From the human T2T-CHM13v2.0 reference genome, Homo sapiens, in assembly GCF_009914755.1 (NCBI RefSeq), contig NC_060925.1: 64,000 nt of DNA; one strand, written 5' to 3'. The notes beneath the pieces were generated by a model. That model was given only the letters and a program-made list of their open reading frames with translations. It was not told where the DNA came from and searched no databases. The position numbers were made by a program, and so were the translations under genes. Below, piece by piece: positions 55,042 to 64,000 of the stretch. Numbering within the stretch: position 1 is the first letter of the stretch; the number at the start of each line of letters is the position of its first letter.

Positions 55042-55565
55042 TCTATTATCTGCTGCTGCCTATCAAACCACCCTAACATTTAGTGGCTGAAAACAACAAT
55101 GAATGATTAGCTCTCACAGTTTTGTGGGTTGGCTGAGCTCAGCCAGGCAGTGCTTGCTTAGAGTCTCTCAGGTAGTTGCAGTCAGATGTTGGCTGGGGCT
55201 GAAGTCATCTGAAGGCTCAACTGAGCTACATGTCCAAGATGGTGCACTCATCTGGCTGGCAGTTGGTGCCAGCCGGGAGATCAGCAAGGCCTACGAACTG
55301 AGGCACTTAAACATGGCCATTCTATGTGTCATGGATTGGGTTGCCCAAAGCACTGGGGCTGAGTTCCAAGGAATAGTATTACAAAGACCCACACGAAAGC
55401 TTCAGCTTCTTGTGAGCTTGCCCTGGCTCACAGATCATTATTTTTCCCACGTTCTGGTGGTCAGGTAAGTCACTGAAGCCAGCCCAGAGTCAAAGGGAAG
55501 ACTTAAGTTAACTTCACCTCTTGATGTAGGAACTGGGAGCAGTCATCTGTGGATACTACCAACCA
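55042..55565 (-). mobile_element. MLT1H-like LTR inserted in a MIR (54860-55605)
   Basis: ctgctgcctatcaaaccaccctaacatttagtggctgaaaacaac...gtcatctgaaggctcaactg...ccaagatgg. Confidence 0.75.
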
Positions 55566-55714
55566 CAAAGCACATGGCATACCATACACACAATGAATAT
55601 CAGTTCACTCTGCCCAATTTTTACTTTAACTCATTACTTTTAAAAAACCTTCAAATATGTATTTTTAGAAAGTTCAAGCTGAGCAAAATTGGACTTTAAA
55701 AATGGTCTAAGAGA

Positions 55715-58700
55715 GTCTTTTCTTATTCTACAGATGGGAAAACTGGAGCCCAAAGGATGGAAATACTGAACCCATGGGCTCTGTCACTAGACTGCATCCC
55801 AGGGCCTCAACATAATATATTCTTAGTAAGTATTTGGTCATGAAACAAATAGTTCTGCAATTTCTTTGCTGTTTTAAAGTATTTCCACATATACTACTGA
55901 AAGGTAAAGTGAGAGAATGGAAAGTTCCCAGATTTTGAAATGAATAGATTTGAATTAGAATTCTAGCTCTTTTTACTTCATGATTTCAGGCAAGTTGGTT
56001 AACTTCACTTAGCCTCAATTTTTCTAACTCTAAAGAAAGTCTAATAAAACATAGATTACCAGGACACTGTGTGTGCTGAGGTCAAATAGCTGATACAAAA
56101 CAAATGCTCAGTTTTGGCAGCCATTTTTATTTTTTAAGTTTCACAAAAGCCCTGTGAGGTGGGCATTGGAGTCCCACTTTACAGATTGGAAAACTGAGCT
56201 TTAGAAAGAGTGGGTGGTTTGTTTTGTATCACACAGCTAGCAAATGGCAGCTGGAAGATTCGAAATTGAGCTTTGATTCAACTGGGGAAGTACCTTCCTA
56301 CCAATCAACCCCACACCCACCTTCACGGTCTTCTTTAAGAAGCAGAACAGAGATCCTGGGTAGAAACAATTTTCTAAGCAAATTCATATTCAGGATTTTT
56401 TCCATGAAGGGAAAGCAAATTTCCATATATCATAGTCTGCCCAATAATCTAACACTTTAGAATTTTTAGTTTCCATGTTTCTTTGATCTTCAATAGCACA
56501 TGAGATAGGAAAGGCAAAGATTATCATGACTATTATATAGATGAGAAAATTGAGGCTTAGTTTTAGCAAAAGGACTATGGCTATATGACTATGCTGGGAA
56601 GAGAGTGCTGATCATACTCTTTGCCATTGGATACATAGGAAATGAAAAATTAAAGGGAGCACAGAAAATTTTGACTATAATCCTTTCATCCTCATTAAAC
56701 TGGTATCATAACTACCTTTGATAAGCCAGTTGTGAACCTTGTCAAAAACTACAACAGCCCTGGAGGGAAGGACATAAACAGTGGGTAATTAGAACAAGAG
56801 TGAGGCAGAAACCATAGGGGGAGGAAAAGGAAACTAGCTACTCAATGGACAGGCTCTGGCCAGCCCCCAAAGGAGCTGCCCTCCTTAATCCACTGCGCAG
56901 GGAAGGATTACTCCCTGGTCCCCCACCCACCCACTCACCCACCCCTTTTAATTGCTGATCCCACTCTTCATGCAGATGTTAACATCTGCCCCTGAACTCA
57001 ACAAGGGGCCAGTCATTGGAAAGAAGACTACTCCCATCTGTGCATGGCACAGGTTTTAGAAAGGTTATTTGGAAATATGTGCTCTAGGTCCCATGAGAGA
57101 GTGACTTGAGAGGAAAAGTATTTTTTGTTGTTTTTGCTGATTGTTTTTTGGGTTGCTTTCCTCCCCATCTACCACCCCTTCCCCTACTACCAAGAAAATG
57201 CACTTGAGAATCTCCCTTTTCCCACCCTTTTTCCTCAAAGCAAAATCAGTAATTTCAACAGTTTCCCATTTTCAAAAGGTGAAAAAGCAGAATGATGGCC
57301 AGGCGAGTTCTCTGGCTAGGAAGAAGCCCAGCTGGTATACACCATTTTTCTGCACTTCCCCTGGGCAGCCAGATGACTAGGATTCAAGGACCAGCCTACT
57401 ACTTTCTAAGCTGTTTGCCTTGGACAAATGACTTATTGCCTCTGAACTTCACTTTACTCACCTGTAAAATGAGGAGACTCCAGAAGAATGAGAAGATTCC
57501 ATGAGATGACTCTAGCAGATCCATTTCAGAAAATACTCTGCGTGTGAAGTTATTACAAGGAACTTGGCAGGCACACTCCCCTTCACCTATGGGGCTTTTC
57601 TTTTTTCTTCCATGAGAGCTTCTACCCAGATATGCAGATAGAAGAAATGTATTGGTCCCAAAGACAACAATGTCTGTGAAGCAGGATTCAAAGAGATGAA
57701 GGGAGGGGAGAACAAGCCTTTCAAATTATAGCAAGTGGGTGGTCTTCAACTGCTTTTACTTCTTTTTAAAATTCCAGATCATACTGGGGTAACCTATTAG
57801 AAAGAACCCTGTCCTGGAATCCTGGAAAAGAGGCCCTGCTAGGAGCTGACCTTGGACAAATCACTCCCTTCTCTGAACCTCACTGTTCAGGGGGCTGAGA
57901 ACAGAGGGTCCCTAAGGAAGAGTGTTGTATGAGAACAGTCTCCGCTCTTGACCCAAGCAAACCTGGCTTCAAATCTCAACTCCTGTGGCTGACTAGCTGT
58001 ATGACCTTGACCTTTCTCAGTTTCCTCATCTATAAAGCAGGATTAATAAAAGGTACCTATCTAATATGACTGTTCTGAGAATAAAATGAAATAAACTACA
58101 TAGGTGATTTGACATTGTGCTTGGTTTACAGTAGGTGTTTAATAAAAGGAAATTGCTATATTATTAAAACTGTCATCATCATCATTGTTGTTAGTCTATA
58201 ACTGTTGGAATTTCAAAAAGGCTCTACTCCTGAGTTTTTTGTGCTCTTTAAGTTGAGGTCAGTCTCAGCAAGGTGTGTTCTGAATGGCTACATTCTCCCC
58301 AAGGGTCACACACCACCACCAGAGAGGGTGTGCATCCCATCTGGTGCACAACTTAAGAAGGGAAATCATGCCTTCCTGTGTCCTTTCTCCAGAGCCTCCT
58401 GTTTTCCTCCTAGCATTGCTCTGCTGGCCCAGGTTTAAGAGCTGGAGCTGCTGTGCTATGGGCTTACACTGGTCAGGCAGCCAGGAGGAAGAGGAAACCA
58501 GAATAAACATGTTTTGCAAGACCAAGTCTGGTTTAAATGAAAGCAATTCTAAATAAGGACAATACAGTCTTATAGAGCCAGTGCCTGGGCCGCCTGTTGG
58601 CAGTTTCCTCTATAGAGGGGTTTGCCATGGAAAACCAAAGGTCAGACTGATAAGCTGAAACTGCCTGCAGCCAGGCTGGCAGGAGGCTCATGACAAGACC

Positions 58701-59040
58701 TCCTCATCCAGCATTTGAATCCATCCCAGGCCAGAGGATGTGATTACAGAGGCAGGGAATCCAAGGACCCAGTCTGGCCTCCAATCCTAGCTCCTCACTC
58801 ACTCTCTATTGTAAACTAAGGCAATGATAAACATTGCCTATCTATCAAAAAAGAAGAAAAAAGAAAATTGTTCTGGGTTCCTATGAAAATAAAAAGAGAT
58901 ATTATGTCAACGTGGTTATAAACTGTAAAGTGATTAGCAAAGCTCAAGAGTTAGAAATAGGTTTTAATAGTTCCCCTGCCTGCTAGCTGTGTGACCCTGG
59001 GCAAGTCCATTTATTTTTCTGAAACTCAATTTCCTGTTTT
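55715..59040. mobile_element. Multiple MIR fragments (55715-55790, 55905-56280, 57370-57480, 57790-58190, 58740-59040)
   Basis: Repeated MIR core matches, e.g. ctcagtttcctcatctataaag, ctagctgtgtgaccctgggcaagtc. Confidence 0.65.
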
Positions 59041-59113
59041 GTGTGTTTCATATTTGTCCTGAATTCTAATGATTCCAGGATTCATCAAAACAGGAAAGTA
59101 TAATAACTTGGTT

Positions 59114-59560
59114 TGTTAGTTTCCTGTGGCTGCTGTAACAAATTACCACAAACTTGTTGGTTTAAAACAATAGAAATGTATTCTCTCATTGTTCTGGAGA
59201 CCAGAAATCAGTTTCACTAGTCCAAAATGAGAGTGTCTTCCCAGATACTCTAGGGGAAAATCTGTGCCTTGCCTTTCCCAGCTTCTGGTGGCTGCCAGCA
59301 TTTCTTGGCTTGTGGCTGCATCACTTTGACCTCTATCTCCATGTTCAAGCTGTTTTCTCTTCTGTGTGTAGTCAAGTCTCCTTCTGCCTCTCCCATATAA
59401 AGACAATTGTGATTTCATTTAGGACCAATCTGGGTGATCCAGAACTAACTCCTCATCTCAAGACCCTTAACTTAAATCTACAAAGTCTTTGCTAACAAGG
59501 TAACTTACAGGTCCCACAGATTAGGACTTGATATCTTGGAGTTCCATTATGCACCCTTAA
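59114..59560 (-). mobile_element. MLT1C/D-type LTR
   Basis: ttagtttcctgtggctgctgtaacaaattaccacaaactt...cagcttctggtggctgccagca. Confidence 0.85.
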
Positions 59561-59829
59561 TGAACTTTCCTTTGATTATTAAAGAGATGGAGAGTCTCAG
59601 AAGGATCTCATCATTTAAAAAAATCTCGAGATGGAAGCTGAGAATCAGGAAGGGACTATTGAAGCATGTCAGAAATAATGTTGAAATTCTTTATATTATC
59701 ATGCCTTGAAGAGAACCCCATCTTAGTTATCTCTTTATCCCAACCAAGAGACCTAGCAGAAATACTCAAAAAATAAATGAATGGATGTATGGAAATATAT
59801 GCATATATTTGCACTTCATCTTGAGTATG

Positions 59830-60070
59830 GCAGAGTGGTTGTGTAAACAGATTGAAATTAGATGACCTGAGTGAAACCCTTGCTAGTTGTGAGACTTTTG
59901 ACAAGTTATTTAATCTGAGAGGCTTTAGTGTTCTCCCATATAAAATAAAAATAATTGTATGATCTACCTGATAGAATTTTGCAAGGATAAATGAGGTGAT
60001 CTGTGTAAAGGAATTTGCACAGTACCTGGCATGTGATAACTTTTATATATTAATTAGATATTATTAACTT
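59830..60070 (+). mobile_element. MIRb
   Basis: gacaagttatttaatctg...gcacagtacctggcatgtg. Confidence 0.7.
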
Positions 60071-60545
60071 TAAAAGTTCAAGTTTAACATATCATTTGTA
60101 TATACCAAGAATTGGCTAATTTTGGAGGAGAGGGGAAGATGACTAATTTAGGGAGAAATAAGGGGACTAGAAATATATTTTCAGACTTAACGCTAAACAA
60201 TTCCACGAATTGTTTTCCATTCCATCTTCAACCCAGATTCTACCAAGACCAAGAATGAGTTTTGTCTCTAGGTTTTATTCCTTGGTAAAAGACTTCGATG
60301 AACTGAAGTCTTTATTTTAGGAATCACTTCATGCAATAAATATATTCTGAGTACCTATGACCAAGAACCTTTCTGAACTCTCTTCTTCTGGAATGCTAGG
60401 AATAAGGCAAAGGCTGGACTAGACATTAAGAGTGCCATAGGTCCACAGCTACTGTATGGTATGGCTCTAAACCACAATTATGGCTCAGGTGGTCAGATGG
60501 ACTTGGGTGAGGACAAGATTGGCAAATGAAAGAATCGTATCTTCA

Positions 60546-61889
60546 GGAGTGGCTGGCAACATGGCCGAATAGGAACAGCTCCGGTCTGCAGCTCCCAGCA
60601 AGATCAGTGCAGAAGGTGGGTGATTTCTGCATTTCCAACTGAGGTACTCGGCTCATCTCATTGCAACTGGTTAGACAGTGGGTGCAGCCCATGGAGGGCG
60701 AGCCAAAGCAGGGTGGGGCGTTGCCTCACCTGGGAAGCACAAGGGTTGGGGAACTCCCTCCCCTAGCCAAGGGAAGCCATGAGGGACTGTGCGGTGAGGA
60801 CAGGTGCATTCTGGCCCAGATACTACGCTTTTCCCATGGTCTTAGCAACCTGCAGACCAGGAGATTCCCTCGGTGCCTACACCACCAGGGCCGTGGGTTT
60901 CAAGCACAAAACTGGGTGGCCCTTTGGGCAGACACCAAGCTAGCTGCAGGGTTTTTTTTTTTTTCATACCCCAGTGGCACCTGGAATGCCTGTGAGACAG
61001 AACCTTTCACTGCCCTGGAAAGGGGGCTGAAGCCAGGGAGCCAAGAGGTCTAGCTCAGCAGATCCCAGCCCCACAGAGCCGAGCAAGCTAAGATCCACTG
61101 GCTTGAAATTCTTGCTGCCAGCACAGCAGTCTGAAGTCAACATGGGACCCTTGAGATTGGTGGGGGAAGGGGCGTCTGGCATTACTGAGACTTGAGTAGC
61201 AGTTTTCCCCGCACAGTGTAAACAAAGCCACCAGGAAGTTCGAACTGGGAGGAGCCCACCACAGCTCAGCAAAGCCACTGTAGCCAGACTGCCTCTCTAG
61301 ATTCCTCCTCTCTGGGCAGGACATCTCTGAAAGAAAGGCAGAAGCCCCAGTCAGGGGCTTTTAGATAAAATTCCCATCTCCCTGGGACAGAGCACCTGGG
61401 GGAAGGGGCAGCTGTGGGCGCAGGTTCAGCAGACTTAAACGTTCCTGCCTGCTGGCTCTGAAGAAAGCAGCGGATCTCCCAGCACAGCACTTGAGTTGTG
61501 CTAAGGGACAGACGGCCTCCTCGAGTGGGTCCCTGACCTTCGTGTCTCCTGACTGGGGGACAACTCCCAGCACGGGTCGAGAGACACATGATACAGGAGA
61601 GCTCCGGCTGGCATCTAGCACAAGTCCCTCTGGGACGAAGCTTCCAGAGGAAGGAACAGGCTTCAATCTTTGGGGTTCTGCAGCCTCCCCTGGTGATATC
61701 CAGGTAAGCAGGGTCTAGAGTGGACCTCCAGCAAACTCGAGCAGACCTGTAGCAGAGGGGTCTGCCTGACTGTTAGAAGGAAAACTAACAAACAGGAATA
61801 GCATCAACATCACCAAAAAGAACGACCACATGAAAACCCCATCTGAAGGTAACCAACATCAAAGACCAAAGGTAGATAAATGCACGAAG
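60546..61889 (+). promoter_or_regulatory. L1 5'UTR internal promoter
   Basis: YY1-type site caacatggcc at 60557-60566 at the L1 5' end; many CpGs have decayed to TG/CA. Confidence 0.7.
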
Positions 61890-63236
61890 ATGAGGAAAAA
61901 CCAGCATAAAAAGGCTGAAAATTCCAAAAACAAGAATGCCTCTTCTCCTCCAAAGGATCACAACTCGTTGCCAGCAAGGGAACAAAACTTGACAGAGAAT
62001 GGGTTTGACGAATTGGCAGAAGTAGGCTTCAGAAGGAGGGCAATAACAAACTCCTCCAAGCTAAAGAAGCATGTTCTAACCCAATGCAAGGAAGCTAAGA
62101 ACCTTAAAAAAAGGTTAGAGAAATTGCTAACTAGAATAACCAGTTCAGAGAAGAACATAAATGACCTGATGGAGCTGAAAAACACAGCACGAGAACTTCA
62201 TGAAGCATACACAACTATCAGTAGCCGAATCGATCAAGTGGAAGAAAGATTATCAGAAATGAATGATCAACTTAATGAAATAAAGTGTGAAGACAAGATT
62301 AGAGAAAAAAGAATGAAAAGGAATGAACAAAGCCTCCAAGAAATATGGGACTATGTGAAAAGACCAAACCTACCTTTGGTTGGTGTACCTGAAAGTGATG
62401 GGGAGAGTGGAACCAAATTCAGAGCCGAATTCTACCAGAGGTACAAAGAAGAGCTGGTACCATTCCTTCTAAAAATATTCCAAACACTAGAAAAAGAAGG
62501 ACTCCTCCCTAACACATTTTATGAGGCCTGCATCATCCTGATACCAAAACCTGGCAGAGACACAACAAAAAAAGAAAATTTCAGGCCAATGTCCCTGATG
62601 AACATTGATGCAAAAATCCTTAATAAAATACTGGCAAACCAAATCCAGCAGCACATCAAAAAGCTTATCCACCATGACCAAGTCGGCTTCAGCCCTGGGA
62701 TACAAGGCTGGTTCAGCATATGCAAATCAGTAAACATAATCCATCACATAAACAGAACCAATGACAAAAACCACATGATTATCTCAATAGATGCAGAAAA
62801 GGCCTTTGATAAAATTCAACACCCCTTCATGCTAAAAACTCTCAATAAACTAGGTATTGATGGAATGTATCTCAAAATAGTAAGAGCTATTTATGACAAA
62901 CCCATAGCCAATATCATACTGAATGGGCAAAAGGTGGAAGCATTGCCTTTGAAAACCAGCACAAGACAAGGATGCCCTCTCTCACCACTCCTATTCAACA
63001 TAGTATTGGAAGCTCTGGCCAGGGCAATCAGGCAAGAGAAAGAAATAAAGGATATTCAAATAGGAAGACAGGAAGTCAAATTGTCTCTGTTTGCAGATGA
63101 CATGATTGTATATTTAGAAAACCCCATCGTCTCAGGCCCAAATCTCCTTAAGCTGATAAGCAACTTCAGCAAAGTCTCAGGATACAAAATCAATGTGCAA
63201 AAATCACAAGCATTCCTACACACCAATAATAGATGA
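61890..63236 (+). CDS. Chimeric L1 ORF1p(1-175)-ORF2p reverse transcriptase ORF, 448 aa (expression unknown)
   Basis: MRKNQHKK...coiled coil...[28 protein letters not shown] joined to [13 protein letters not shown]...[16 protein letters not shown]...DAEKAFD...RQGCPLSP...LFADD; no stop until 63234. Confidence 0.5.
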   Translation: MRKNQHKKAENSKNKNASSPPKDHNSLPAREQNLTENGFDELAEVGFRRRAITNSSKLKKHVLTQCKEAKNLKKRLEKLLTRITSSEKNINDLMELKNTARELHEAYTTISSRIDQVEERLSEMNDQLNEIKCEDKIREKRMKRNEQSLQEIWDYVKRPNLPLVGVPESDGESGTKFRAEFYQRYKEELVPFLLKIFQTLEKEGLLPNTFYEACIILIPKPGRDTTKKENFRPMSLMNIDAKILNKILANQIQQHIKKLIHHDQVGFSPGIQGWFSICKSVNIIHHINRTNDKNHMIISIDAEKAFDKIQHPFMLKTLNKLGIDGMYLKIVRAIYDKPIANIILNGQKVEALPLKTSTRQGCPLSPLLFNIVLEALARAIRQEKEIKDIQIGRQEVKLSLFADDMIVYLENPIVSGPNLLKLISNFSKVSGYKINVQKSQAFLHTNNR

Positions 63237-64000
63237 ACAGCCAAATCATGAGTGAACTCCATTCACAATTGCTACAAAGAGAATTAAATACCTAGGAATA
63301 CAACTTACAAGGGATGTGAAGGACCTCTTCAAGGAGAACTACAAACCACTGCCCAAGGTAATAAGAGAGGACACAAACAAATGGAAAAACATTCCATGCT
63401 CATGGATAGGAAGAATCCATATCATGAATATGGCCATAATGCCCAAAGTAATTTATAGATTCAGTGCTATCCCCATCAAGCTACCATTGACTTTCTTCAC
63501 AGAATTAGAAAAAACTACTTTAAATTTCATATGGAACCCAAAAAGAGCCTGTATAGCAAAGACAATCCTAAGCAAAAAGAACAAAGCTGGAGGCATCACG
63601 CTACCTGACTTCAAACTATACTACAAGGCTACAGTAACCAAAACAGCATGGTACTGGTACCAAAACAGAGATATAGGTCAGTGGAACAGAACAGAGCCCT
63701 CAGAAATAACACCACACATTTACAACCACCTGATCTTTGACAAACCTGACAAAAACAAGAAATGGGGAAAGGATTTCCTATTTAATAAATGGTTTTGGGA
63801 AAACTGGCTAGCCATATGCAGAAAACTGAAACTGGACCACTTCCTTATACAAAAATTAACTCAAGATGAATTAAAGACTTAAACGTAAGACCTAAAACCA
63901 TAAAAACCCTAGAACAAAACCTAGGCAATACCATTCAGGACATAGGCATGGGCAAAGACTTCATGACTAAAACAACAAATGCAATGGCAACAAAAGCCAA
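63237..64000 (+). pseudogene. Disrupted L1 ORF2 remainder (end of RT, thumb/wrist)
   Basis: After the stop and small deletions near 63234-63262, ORF2 peptide resumes ([26 protein letters not shown]); further frameshift near 63845. Confidence 0.85.

Larger units (their letters stand above)
60546..64000 (+). mobile_element. L1PA7/8-like LINE-1 with 5'UTR and ~2-kb internal deletion; runs off the window
   Basis: 5' end ggctggcaacatggccgaataggaacagctccggtctgcagctcccagc; ~1.3-kb UTR; ORF1 start 61890; ORF1-to-ORF2 jump at 62416/62417; ORF2 continues to the window end. Confidence 0.93.

Noticed and set aside
60661-61718. ORFs in the L1 5'UTR, including a possible ORF0
   Set aside because: Mostly non-ATG starts; I could not confirm an intact ORF0 with its splice donors.

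Overview
Primate (probably human or hominoid; AluY copies are present) genomic DNA that is essentially non-coding. The only clear gene-related feature is a CpG-island promoter at ~1.0-1.56 kb. It has GC boxes, ETS cores, a perfect NF-kB site and minus-strand splice donors, suggesting the first exon of a gene running leftwards out of the window; I cannot identify the gene. The remaining ~62 kb is densely filled with transposon fossils: many MIR and L2, L3/CR1, MER5/MER33 hAT elements, MaLR/ERV solo LTRs, about 11 Alu copies or monomers, and several nested L1s. No host protein-coding exon was recognised. The most unusual item is the L1PA7/8-like element starting at ~60.55 kb. It keeps its 5'UTR, but an internal deletion of roughly 2 kb joins the ORF1p N-terminus and coiled coil in frame to the ORF2p reverse transcriptase, giving an uninterrupted 448-codon chimeric ORF. 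Other oddities are a twin-primed 5'-inverted L1, an inverted pair of ~160-bp ancient repeats, several fold-back templated-insertion scars, and a candidate plus-strand lncRNA exon pair. Repeat subfamily names come from recalled consensus similarity, not from a search, and boundaries of old repeats are approximate.
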